This document shows positions 1-13,649 of a DNA stretch of 64,000 bases, piece after piece. Numbering within the stretch: the first letter of the stretch is position 1; each line of letters begins with the position of its first letter. Source of the stretch: the human T2T-CHM13v2.0 reference genome, Homo sapiens; assembly GCF_009914755.1 (NCBI RefSeq), contig NC_060948.1, one strand, 5' to 3'. The translations under genes were made by a program, and so were the position numbers. The notes under the pieces are model-generated. The model was not told the DNA's origin. It did not search any database and saw nothing but the letters and a program-made list of their open reading frames with translations.

Positions 1-3000
1 CAACGGAATCAAATGGAATGGAATGTATTGGAATAGAATGTATTGGAATAGAATGGATTCAAATAAAATAGAATCGATTGCAATGGTATTGAATGGAAGG
101 GACTTGAATGGAATGGAAAGCAATGGAAGATATTGGAATTGAATGGCATCGAATGAAATGGAATGGAGCGGAATGGAACGGACCCGAATGGAATGGAATG
201 GACTCAAATGTAATGGACTCGAATGGAATCGACTGAAATATAATAGACTCGAAAGGAATGGCCTCGAGCGGAATTTATTTGTATAGAATGGAATCAAATG
301 GAATACAATAGTATGGAATGGAATCGAATGGAATGGAATCTAATGGAATGTAATCAAATGGAATGGAATGGAATTCAATATAATGGAGTAGATTGGAATG
401 CATTGGAAAGGAGCAGAGTGGAATCGTGTGGATTGGAATCGAGTGGAATGGAATCAAAGGGAACGAAATCGAATTGAACGGACTTGAATGGAATTGAGTC
501 GAAAGGAATTGACTCGAAAGGAATGGACTGGAACAAAAAGGAATCAAATGGACAGGAATGGAATGGAATGGACTCGAATGGAATGGAGTCAAATGCAAAC
601 GCATCGAATGGAATGGATTCAAATGGAATGCAATTGAATGGAATAGAAAGGAAGAGAATGGAATTGAGAGTAATGGAAAGATATCGATTGGAATGAAATG
701 GAATGGAAAGGAATTGAATGGAAAGGAATGGACTCGAAAGAAATGGATTGGAATGGAATGGTCTCCAATGGAATGGACTGGAGTGGAATGGAATCGAATG
801 GAAAGAAAAGAATGGAACGGAATGGAACGGGAAGGAATAGAATGTTATGGAATCCGATTGGACAGAATGGAATGGAATGCAGTTTCATGAAATGGAGTCG
901 AATAGAGTGGCATCAAAAGGAATGGAATGGAGTGGACTCAAAAGGAATGGACTCGAAAGGAATGGAGTCGAACCAAATTGAATCAAATGGATTGGATTCG
1001 AACAGAATGGAATGGAATGGAATGAACTCGACTGGAGTAGAGAGGAATGAAAAGGAAAAGAATGGAATGTAATCAAATGGATTGCAAGTGAATGGAATCA
1101 AAAATAATAGAAAGGAATGGAGTGTAAAGGGATGATATTGAATTAAATGGAATGGAATGGAATTTAATGGAATGGAGTCGAAGGAATAGACAGGAATGTA
1201 ATGGACTCCAATGGAATGGAATGGATGAAAATGGATTTGAACAGATTGGAATAGAACGGAATCGAATGCAATGAAATGGAATGGACTCGATCAGAACGGA
1301 CTGGAGAGGAATGTACACAAATGGAATGGAAACGAAAGGAATGGAATGAAATGGAATGGAATGCAATGGAATTGAAAGGAACGGAATCAAATGGAATGGA
1401 ATGGAATGGAATGGATTGGAATAGAATGGATTCAAATAAAATAGAATCGATTGCAATGGTATTGAATGGAAGGGACTTGAATGGAATGGAAAGCAATGGA
1501 AGATATTGGAATCGAATGGCATCGAATGAAATGGAATGGAACGGAATGGAACGGACCCGAATGGAATGGAATGGACTCAAATGTAATGGACTCGAATGGA
1601 ATCGACTGAAATATAATAGACTCGAAAGGAATGGCCTCGAGCGGAATTTATTTGAATAGAATGGAATCAAATGGAATACAATAGTATGGAATGGAATCGA
1701 ATGGAATGGAATCGAATGGAATGTAATCAAATGGAATGGAACGGAATTCAATATAATGGAGTAGAATGGAATGCATTGGAAAGGAGCACAGTGGAATCGA
1801 GTGGATTGGAATCGAGTGGAATGGAATCAAAGGGAACGAAATCGAATTGAATGGACTTGAATGGAATTGAGTCGAAAGGAATTGACTCGATAGGAATGGA
1901 CTGGAACAAAAAGGAATCAAATGGACAGGAATGGAATGGAATGGACTCGAATGGAATGGAGTCAGATACAAACGCATCGAATGGAATGGATTCTAATGGA
2001 ATGCAATTGAATGGAATAGAAAGGAAGAGAATGGAATTGAGTGTAATGGAAAGATATCGATTGGAATGAAATGGAATGGAAAGGAATTGAATGGAAAGGA
2101 ATGGACTCGAAAGAAATGGATTGGAATGGAATGGTCTCCAATGGAATGGACTGGAGTGGAATGGAATCGAATGGAAAGAAAAGAATGGAACGGAATGGAA
2201 CGGAAAGGAATAGAATGTTATGGAATCCGATTGGACAGAATGGAATGGAAAGCAGTTTCATGAAATGGAGTCGAATAGAGTGGCATCAAAAGGAATGGAA
2301 TGGAGTGGACTCAAAAGGAATGGTCTCGAAAGGAATGGAGTCGAACCAAATTGAATCAAATGGATAGGAGTCGAACAGAATGGAATGGAATGGAATGAAC
2401 TCGACTGGAGTAGAGAGGAATGAAAAGCAATAGAATGGAATGTAATCAAATGGATTGCAAGTGAATGGAATCAAAAATAATAGAAAGGAATGGAGTGTAA
2501 AGGGATGATATTGAATTAAATGGAATGGAATGGAATTTAATGGAATGGAGTCGAAGGAATGGACAGGAATGTAATGGACTCCAATGGAATGGAATGGATC
2601 AAAATGGATTTGAACAGATTGGAATGGAACGGAATGGAATGCAATGAAATGGAATGGACTCGATCAGAACGGACTGGAGAGGAATGTACACAAATGGAAT
2701 GGAAACGAAAGGAATGGAATGAAATGGAATGGAATGCAATGGAATTGAAAGCAACGGAATCAAATGGAATGGAATGTATTGGAATAGAATGGATTGGAAT
2801 AGAATGGATTCAAATAAAATAGAATCGATTGCAATGGTATTGAATGGAAGGGACTTGAATGGAATGGAAAGCAATGGAAAATATTGGAATTGAATGGCAT
2901 CGAATGAAATGGAATGGAACGGAATGGAACGGACCCGAATGGAATGGAATGGACTCAAATGTAATGGACTCGAATGGAATCGACTGAAATATAATAGACT

Positions 3001-6000
3001 CGAAAGGAATGGCCTCGAGCGGAATTTATTTGAATAGAATGGAATCAAATGGAATACAATAGTATGGAATGGAATCCAATGGAATGGAATCGAATGGAAT
3101 GTAATCAAATGGAATGGAATGGAATTCAATATAATGGAGTAGATTGGAATGCATTGGAAAGGAGCAGAGTGGAATCGAGTGGATTGGAATCGAGTGGAAT
3201 GGAATCAAAGGGAACGAAATCGAATTGAACGGACTTGAATGGAATTGAGTCGAAAGGAATTGACTCGAAAGGAATGGACTGGAACAAAAAGGAATCAAAT
3301 GGACAGGAATGGAATGGAATGGACTCGAATGGAATGGAGTCAAATGCAAACGCATCGAATGGAATGGATTCAAATGGAATGCAATTGAATGGAATAGAAA
3401 GGAAGAGAATGGAATTGAGAGTAATGGAAAGATATCGATTGGAATGAAATGGAATGGAAAGGAATTGACTGGAAAGGAATGGACTCGAAAGAAATGGATT
3501 GGAATGGAATGGTCTCCAATGGAATGGACTGGAGTGGAATGGAATCGAATGGAAAGAAAAGAATGGAACGGAATGGAACGGAAAGGAATAGAATGTTATG
3601 GAATCCGATTGGACAGAATGGAATGGAATGCAGTTTCATGAAATGGAGTCGAATAGAGTGGCATCAAAAGGAATGGAATGGAGTGGACTCAAAAGGAATG
3701 GACTCGAAAGGAATGGAGTCGAACCAAATTGAATCAAATGGATTGGATTCGAACAGAATGGAATGGAATGGAATGAACTCGACTGGAGTAGAGAGGAATG
3801 AAAAGCAATAGAATGGAATGTAATCAAATGGATTGCAAGTGAATGGAATCAAAAATAATAGAAAGGAATGGAGTGTAAAGGGATGATATTGAATTAAATG
3901 GAATGGAATGGAATTTAATGGAATGGAGTCGAAGGAATAGACAGGAATGTAATGGACTCCAATGGAATGGAATGGATGAAAATGGATTTGAACAGATTGG
4001 AATCGAACGGAATGGAATGCAATGAAATGGAATGGACTCGATCAGAACGGACTGGAGAGGAATGTACACAAATGGAATGGAAACGAAAGGAATGGAATGA
4101 AATGGAATGGAATGCAATGGAATTGAAAGGAACGGAATCAAATGGAATGGAATGGAATGGATTGGAATAGAATGGATTCAAATAAAATAGAATCGATTGC
4201 AATGGTATTGAATGGAAGGGACTTGAATGGAATGGAAAGCAATGGAAGATATTGGAATCGAATGGCATCGAATGAAATGGAATGGAACGGAATGGAACGG
4301 ACCCGAATGGAATGGAATGGACTCAAATGTAATGGACTCGAATGGAATCGACTGAAATATAATAGACTCGAAAGGAATGGCCTCGAGCGGAATTTATTTG
4401 AATAGAATGGAATCAAATGGAATACAATAGTATGGAATGGAATCGAATGGAATGGAATCGAATGGAATGTAATCAAATGGAATGGAACGGAATTCAATAT
4501 AATGGAGTAGAATGGAATGCATTGGAAAGGAGCACAGTGGAATCGAGTGGAATGGAATCAAAGGGAACGAAATCGAATTGAATGGACTTGAATGGAATTA
4601 CGTCGAAAGGAATTGACTCGAAAGGAATGGACTGGAACAAAAAGGAATCAAATGGACAGGAATGGAATGGAATGGACTCGAATGGAATGGAGTCAAATGC
4701 AAACGCATCGAATGGAATGGATTCAAATGGAATGCAATTGAATGGAATAGAAAGGAAGAGAATGGAATTGAGAGTAATGGAAAGATATCGATTGGAATGA
4801 AATGGAATGGAAAGGAATTGAATGGAAAGGAATGGACTCGAAAGAAATGGATTGGAATGGAATGGTCTCCAATGGAATGGACTGGAGTGGAATGGAATCG
4901 AATGGAAAGAAAAGAATGGAACGGAATGGAACGGAAAGGAATAGAATGTTATGGAATCCGATTGGACAGAATGGAATGGAATGCAGTTTCATGAAATGGA
5001 GTCGAATAGAGTGGCATCAAAAGGAATGGAATGGAGTGGACTCAAAAGGAATGGACTCGAAAGGAATGGAGTCGAACCAAATTGAATCGAATGTATTGGA
5101 GTCGAACAGAATGGAATGGAATGGAATGAACTCGACTGGAGTAGAGAGGAATGAAAAGGAATAGAATGGAATGTAATCAAATGGATTGCAAGTGAATGGA
5201 ATCAAAAATAATAGAAAGGAATGGAGTGTAAAGGGATGATATTGAATTAAATGGAATGGAATGGAATTTAATGGAATGGAGTCGAAGGAATGGACAGGAA
5301 TGTAATGGACTCCAATGGAATAGAATGGATCAAAATGGATTTGAACAGATTGGAATCGAACGGAATGGAATGCAATGAAATGGAATGGACTCGATCAGAA
5401 CGGACTGCAGAGGAATGTACACAAATGGAATGGAAACGAAAGGAATGGAATGAAATGGAATGGAATGCAATGGAATTGAAAGCAACGGAATCAAATGGAA
5501 TGGAATGTATTGGAATAGAATGGATTGGAATAGAATGGATTCAAATAAAATAGAATCGATTGCAATGGTATTGAATGGAAGGGACTTGAATGGAATGGAA
5601 AGCAATGGAAGATATTGGAATTGAATGGCATCGAATGAAATGGAATGGAGCGGAATGGAACGGACCCGAATGGAATGGAATGGACTCAAATGTAATGGAC
5701 TCGAATGGAATCGACTGAAATATAATAGACTCGAAAGGAATGGCCTCGAGCGGAATTTATTTGTATAGAATGGAATCAAATGGAATACAATAGTATGGAA
5801 TGGAATCGAATGGAATGGAATCTAATGGAATGTAATCAAATGGAATGGAATGGAATTCAATATAATGGAGTAGATTGGAATGCATTGGAAAGGAGCAGAG
5901 TGGAATCGAGTGGATTGGAATTGAGTGGAATGGAATCAAAGGGAACGAAATCGAATTGAACGGACTTGAATGGAATTGAGTCGAAAGGAATTGACTCGAA

Positions 6001-9000
6001 AGGAATGGACTGGAACAAAAAGGAATCAAATGGACAGGAATGGAATGGAATGGACTCGAATGGAATGGAGTCAAATGCAAACGCATCGAATGGAATGGAT
6101 TCAAATGGAATGCAATTGAATGGAATAGAAAGGAAGAGAATGGAATTGAGAGTAATGGAAAGATATCGATTGGAATGAAATGGAATGGAAAGGAATTGAA
6201 TGGAAAGGAATGGACTCGAAAGAAATGGATTGGAATGGAATGGTCTCCAATGGAATGGACTGGAGTGGAATGGAATCGAATGGAAAGAAAAGAATGGAAC
6301 GGAATGGAACGGGAAGGAATAGAATGTTATGGAATCCGATTGGACAGAATGGAATGGAATGCAGTTTCATGAAATGGAGTCGAATAGAGTGGCATCAAAA
6401 GGAATGGAATGGAGTGGACTCAAAAGGAATGGACTCGAAAGGAATGGAGTCGAACCAAATTGAATCAAATGGATTGGATTCGAACAGAATGGAATGGAAT
6501 GGAATGAACTCGACTGGAGTAGAGAGGAATGAAAAGGAAAAGAATGGAATGTAATCAAATGGATTGCAAGTGAATGGAATCAAAAATAATAGAAAGGAAT
6601 GGAGTGTAAAGGGATGATATTGAATTAAATGGAATGGAATGGAATTTAATGGAATGGAGTCGAAGGAATAGACAGGAATGTAATGGACTCCAATGGAATG
6701 GAATGGATGAAAATGGATTTGAACAGATTGGAATAGAACGGAATCGAATGCAATGAAATGGAATGGACTCGATCAGAACGGACTGGAGAGGAATGTACAC
6801 AAATGGAATGGAAACGAAAGGAATGGAATGAAATGGAATGGAATGCAATGGAATTGAAAGGAACGGAATCAAATGGAATGGAATGGAATGGAATGGATTG
6901 GAATAGAATGGATTCAAATAAAATAGAATCGATTGCAATGGTATTGAATGGAAGGGACTTGAATGGAATGGAAAGCAATGGAAGATATTGGAATCGAATG
7001 GCATCGAATGAAATGGAATGGAACGGAATGGAACGGACCCGAATGGAATGGAATGGACTCAAATGTAATGGACTCGAATGGAATCGACTGAAATATAATA
7101 GACTCGAAAGGAATGGCCTCGAGCGGAATTTATTTGAATAGAATGGAATCAAATGGAATACAATAGTATGGAATGGAATCGAATGGAATGGAATCGAATG
7201 GAATGTAATCAAATGGAATGGAACGGAATTCAATATAATGGAGTAGAATGGAATGCATTGGAAAGGAGCACAGTGGAATCGAGTGGATTGGAATCGAGTG
7301 GAATGGAATCAAAGGGAACGAAATCGAATTGAATGGACTTGAATGGAATTGCGTCGAAAGGAATTGACTCGAAAGGAATGGACTGGAACAAAAAGGAATC
7401 AAATGGACAGGAATGGAATGGAATGGACTCGAATGGAATGGAGTCAAATGCAAACGCATCGAATGGAATGGATTCAAATGGAATGCAATTGAATGGAATA
7501 GAAAGGAAGAGAATGGAATTGAGAGTAATGGAAAGATATCGATTGGAATGAAATGGAATGGAAAGGAATTGAATGGAAAGGAATGGACTCGAAAGAAATG
7601 GATTGGAATGGAATGGTCTCCAATGGAATGGACTGGAGTGGAATGGAATCGAATGGAAAGAAAAGAATGGAACGGAATGGAACGGAAAGGAATAGAATGT
7701 TATGGAATCCGATTGGACAGAATGGAATGGAATGCAGTTTCATGAAATGGAGTCGAATAGAGTGGCATCAAAAGGAATGGAATGGAGTGGACTCAAAAGG
7801 AATGGACTCGAAAGGAATGGAGTCTAACCAAATTGAATCGAATGGATTGGAGTCGAACAGAATGGAATGGAATGGAATGAACTCGACTGGAGTAGAGAGG
7901 AATGAAAAGGAATAGAATGGAATGTAATCAAATGGATTGCAAGTGAATGGAATCAAAAATAATAGAAAGGAATGGAGTGTAAAGGGATGATATTCAATTA
8001 AATGGAATGGAACGGAATTTAATGGAATGGAGTCGAAGGAATGGACAGGAATGTAATGGACTCCAATGGAATGGAATGTATCAAAATGGATTTGAACAGA
8101 TTGGAATGGAACGGAATGGAATGCAATGAAATGGAATGGACTCGATCAGAACGGACTGGAGAGGAATGTACACAAATGGAATGGAAACGAATGGAATGCA
8201 ATGAAATGGAATGGAATGCAATGGAAGTGAAAGGAGCGGAATCAAATGGAATGGAATGGAATGGAATGGAATGGATTGGAATAGAATGAATTTAAATAAA
8301 ATAGAATCGATTGCAATGGTATTGAATGGAAGGGACTTGAATGGAATGGAAAGCAATGGAAGATATTGGAATCGAATGGCATCGAATGAAATGGAATGGA
8401 ACGGAATGGAACGGACCCGAATGGAATGGAATGGACTCAAATGTAATGGACTCGAATGGAATCGACTGAAATATAATAGACTCGAAATGAATGGCCTCGA
8501 GCGGAATTTATTTGAATAGAATGGAATCAAATGGAATACAATAGTATGGAATGGAATCGAATGGAATGGAATCGAATGGAATGTAATCAAATGGAATGGA
8601 ACGGAATTCAATATAATGGAGTAGAATGGAATGCATTGGAAAGGAGCAGAGTGGAATCGAGTGGATTGGAATCGAGTGGAATGGAATCAAAGGGAACGAA
8701 ATCGAATTGAATGGACTTGAATGGAATTGAGTCGAAAGGAATTGACTCGATAGGAATGGACTGGAACAAAAAGGAATCAAATGGACAGGAATGGAATGGA
8801 ATGGACTCGAATGGAATGGAGTCAAATGCAAACGCATCGAATGGAATGGATTCAAATGGAATGCAATTGAATGGAATAGAAAGGAAGAGAATGGAATTGA
8901 GAGTAATGGAAAGATATCGATTGGAATGAAATGGAATGGAAAGGAATTGAATGGAAAGGAATGGACTCGAAAGAAATGGATTGGAATGGAATGGTCTCCA

Positions 9001-12000
9001 ATGGAATGGACTGGAGTGGAATGGAATCGAATGGAAAGAAAAGAATGGAACGGAATGGAACGGAAAGGAATAGAATGTTATGGAATCCGATTGGACAGAA
9101 TGGAATGGAATGCAGTTTCATGAAATGGAGTCGAATAGAGTGGCATCAAATGAATGGAATGGAGTGGACTCAAAAGGAATGGACTCGAAAGGAATGGAGT
9201 CGAACCAAATTGAATCGAATGGATTGGAGTCGAACAGAATGGAATGGAATGGAATGAACTCGACTGGAGTAGAGAGGAATGAAAAGGAATAGAATGGAAT
9301 GTAATCAAATGGATTGCAAGTGAATGGAATCAAAAATAATAGAAAGGAATGGAGTGTAAAGGGATGATATTGAATTAAATGGAATGGAATGGAATTTAAT
9401 GGAATGGAGTCGAAGGAATGGACAGGAATGTAATGGACTCCAATGGAATAGAATGGATCAAAATGGATTTGAACAGATTGGAATCGAACGGAATGGAATG
9501 CAATGAAATGGAATGGACTCGATCAGAACGGACTGGAGAGGAATGTACACAAATGGAATGGAAACGAAAGGAATGGAATGAAGTGGAATGGAATGCAATG
9601 GAATTGAAAGCAACGGAATCAAATGGAATGGAATGTATTGGAATAGAATGGATTGGAATAGAATGGATTCAAATAAAATAGAATCGATTGCAATGGTATT
9701 GAATGGAAGGGTCTTGAATGGAATGGAAAGCAATGGAAGATATTGGAATTGAATGGCATCGAATGAAATGGAATGGAACGGAATGGAACGGACCCGAATG
9801 GAATGGAATGGACTCAAATGTAATGGACTCGAATGGAATCGACTGAAATATAATAGACTCGAAAGGAATGGCCTCGAGCGGAATTTATTTGAATAGAATG
9901 GAATCAAATGGAATACAATAGTATGGAATGGAATCCAATGGAATGGAATCGAATGGAATGTAATCAAATGGAATGGAATGGAATTCAATATAATGGAGTA
10001 GATTGGAATGCATTGGAAAGGAGCAGAGTGGAATCGAGTGGATTGGAATCGAGTGGAATGGAATCAAAGGGAACGAAATCGAATTGAATGGACTTGAATG
10101 GAATTGCGTCGAAAGGAATTGACTCGAAAGGAATGGACTGGAACAAAAAGGAATCAAATGGACAGGAATGGAGTGGAATGGACTCGAATGGAATGGAGTC
10201 AAATGCAAACGCATCGAATGGAATGGATTCAAATGGAATGCAATTGAATGGAATAGAAAGGAAGAGAATGGAATTGAGAGTAATGGAAAGCTATCGATTG
10301 GAATGAAATGGAATGGAAAGGAATTGAATGGAAAGGAATGGACTCGAAAGAAATGGATTGGAATGGAATGGTCTCCAATGGAATGGACTGGAGTGGAATG
10401 GAATCGAATGGAAAGAAAAGAATGGAACGGAATGGAACGGAAAGGAATAGAATGTTATGGAATCCGATTGGACAGAATGGAATGGAATGCAGTTTCATGA
10501 AATGGAGTGGAATAGAGTGGCATCAAAAGGAATGGAATGGAGTGGACTCAAAAGGAATGGACTCGAAAGGAATGGAGTCGAACCAAATTGAATCAAACGG
10601 ATTGGAGTCGAACAGAATGGAATGGAATGGAATGAACTCGACTGGAGTAGAGAGGAATGAAAAGGAATAGAATGGAATGTAATCAAATGGATTGCAAGTG
10701 AATGGAATCAAAAATAATAGAAAGGAATGGAGTGTAAAGGGATGATATTGAATTAAATGGAATGCAATGGAATTTAATGGAATGGAGTCGAAGGAATGGA
10801 CAGGAATGTAATGGACTCCAATGGAATGGAATGGATCAAAATGGATTTGAATAGATTGGAATGGAACGGAATGGAATGCAATGAAATAGAATGGACTCGA
10901 TCAGAACGGACTGGAGAGGAATGTACACAAATGGAATGGAAACGAAAGGAATGGAATGAAATGGAATGGAATGCAATGGAATTGAAAGCAACGGAATCAA
11001 ATGGAATGGAATGTATTGGAATAGAATGGATTGGAATAGATTGGATTCAAATAAAATAGAATCGATTGCAATGGTATTGAATGGAAGGGACTTGAATGGA
11101 ATGGAAAGCAATGGAAGATATTGCAATTGAATGGCATCGAATGAAATGGAATGGAACGGAATGGAACGGACCCGAATGGAATGGAATGGACTCAAATGTA
11201 ATGGACTCGAATGGAATCGACTGAAATATAATAGACTCGAAAGGAATGGCCTCGAGCGGAATTTATTTGAATAGAATGGAATCAAATGGAATACAATAGT
11301 ATGGAATGGAATCCAATGGAATGGAATCGAATGGAATGTAATCAAATGGAATGGAATGGAATTCAATATAATGGAGTAGATTGGAATGCATTGGAAAGGA
11401 GCAGAGTGGAATCGAGTGGACTGGAATCGAGTGGAATGGAATCAAAGGGAACGAAATCGAATTGAACGGACTTGAATGGAATTGAGTCGAAAGGAATTGA
11501 CTCGAAAGGAATGGACTGGAACAAAAAGGAATCAAATGGACAGGAATGGAATGGAATGGACTCGAATGGAATGGAGTCAAATGCAAACGCATCGAATGGA
11601 ATGGATTCAAATGGAATGCAATTGAATGGAATAGAAAGGAAGAGAATGGAATTGAGAGTAATGGAAAGATATCGATTGGAATGAAATGGAATGGAAAGGA
11701 ATTGAATGGAAAGGAATGGACTCAAAAGAAATGGATTGGAATGGAATGGTCTCCAATGGAATGGACTGGAGTGGAATGGAATCGAATGGAAAGAAAAGAA
11801 TGGAACGGAATGGAACGGAAAGGAATAGAATGTTATGGAATCCGATTGGACAGAATGGAATGGAATGCAGTTTCATGAAATGGAGTCGAATAGAGTGGCA
11901 TCAAAAGGAATGGAATGGACTGGATTCAAAAGGAATGGACTCGAAAGGAATGGAGTCGAACCAAATTGAATCAAATGGATTGGATTCGAACAGAATGGAA

Positions 12001-13649
12001 TGGAATGGAATGAACTCGACTGGGGTAGAGAGGAATGAAAAGGAATAGAATGGAATGTAATCAAATGGATTGCAAGTGAATGGAATCAAAAATAATAGAA
12101 AGGAATGGAGTGTAAAGGGATGATATTGAATTAAATGGAATGGAATGGAATTTAATGGAATGGAGTCGAAGGAATGGACAGGAATGTAATGGACTCCAAT
12201 GTAATGGAATGGATCAAAATGGATTTGAACAGATTGGAATCGAACGGAATGGAATGCAATGAAATGGAATGGACTCGATCAGAACGGACTGGAGAGGAAT
12301 GTACACAAATGGAATGGAAACGAAAGGAATGGAATGAAATGGAATGGAATGCAATGGAATTGAAAGGAACGGAATCAAATGGAATGGAATGGAATGGAAT
12401 GGATTGGAATAGAATGGATTCAAATAAAATAGAATCGATTGCAATGGTATTGAATGGAAGGGACTTGAATGGAATGGAAAGCAATGGAAGATATTGGAAT
12501 CGAATGGCATCGAATGAAATGGAATGGAACGGAATGGAACGGACCCGAATGGAATGGAATGGACTCAAATGTAATGGACTCGAATGGAATCGACTGAAAT
12601 ATAATAGACTCGAAAGGAATGGCCTCGAGCGGAATTTATTTGAATAGAATGGAATCAAATGGAATACAATAGTATGGAATGGAATCGAATGGAATGGAAT
12701 CGAATGGAATGTAATCAAATGGAATGGAACGGAATTCAATATAATGGAGTAGAATGGAATGCATTGGAAAGGAGCAGAGTGGAATCGAGTGGATTGGAAT
12801 CGAGTGGAATGGAATCAAAGGGAACGAAATCGAATTGAATGGACTTGAATGGAATTGCGTCGATAGGAATTGACTCGAAAGGAATGGACTGGAACAAAAA
12901 GGAATCAAATGGACAGGAATGGAATGGAATGGACTCGAATGGAATGGAGTCAAATGCAAACGCATCGAATGGAATGGATTCAAATGGAATGCAATTGAAT
13001 GGAATAGAAAGGAAGAGAATGGAATTGAGAGTAATGGAAAGATATCGATTGGAATGAAATGGAATGGAAAGGAATTGAATGGAAAGGAATGGACTCGAAA
13101 GAAATGGATTGGAATGGAATGGTCTCCAATGGAATGGACTGGAGTGGAATGTAATCGAATGGAAAGAAAAGAATGGAACGGAATGGAACGGAATGGAATA
13201 GAATGTTATGGAATCCGATTGGACAGAATGGAATGGAATGCAGTTTCATGAAATGTATTGGAATATAGTGGCATCAAAAGGAATGGAATGGAGTGGACTC
13301 AAAAGGAATGGACTCGAAAGGAATGGAGTCGAACCAAATTGAATCAAATGGATTGCAGTCGAACAGAATGGAATGGAATGGAATGAACTCGACTAGAGTA
13401 GAGAGGAATGAAAAGGAATAGAATGGAATGTAATCAAATGGATTGCAAGTGAATGGAATCAAAAATAATAGAAAGGAATGGAGTGTAAAGAGATGATATT
13501 GAATTAAATGGAATGGAATGGAATTTAATGGAATGGAGTCGAAGGAATGGACAGGAATGTAATGGACTCCAATGGAATGGAATGGATCAAAATGGATTTG
13601 AATAGATTGGAATGGAACGGAATGGAATGCAATGAAATGGAATGGACTC
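1..13649 (+). repeat. Tandem array of ~1.37-kb higher-order units (about 10 copies, continuing off the left edge)
   Basis: Landmark GATCAGAACGG at 1289, 2662, 4040, 5393, 6771, 8144, 9521, 10899, 12277, 13650 (spacings 1373, 1378, 1353, 1378, 1373, 1377, 1378, 1378, 1373). Landmark GCCTCGAGCGG at 261, 1634, 3012, 4380, 5743, 7116, 8494, 9871, 11249, 12622, 13995. The ORF track repeats with the same period. Confidence 0.95.

Noticed and set aside
58-70. AATAAA hexamer (TTCAAATAAAATAG) once per unit as a polyadenylation signal
   Set aside because: No transcript evidence and no downstream GU/U-rich element. It could easily arise by chance on an A-rich strand.
970-990. Possible DUX4 site (AAATTGAATCA, and TGATTCAAATG elsewhere)
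   Set aside because: Imperfect match to the TAAYBBAATCA consensus, and near matches are expected in this sequence background.
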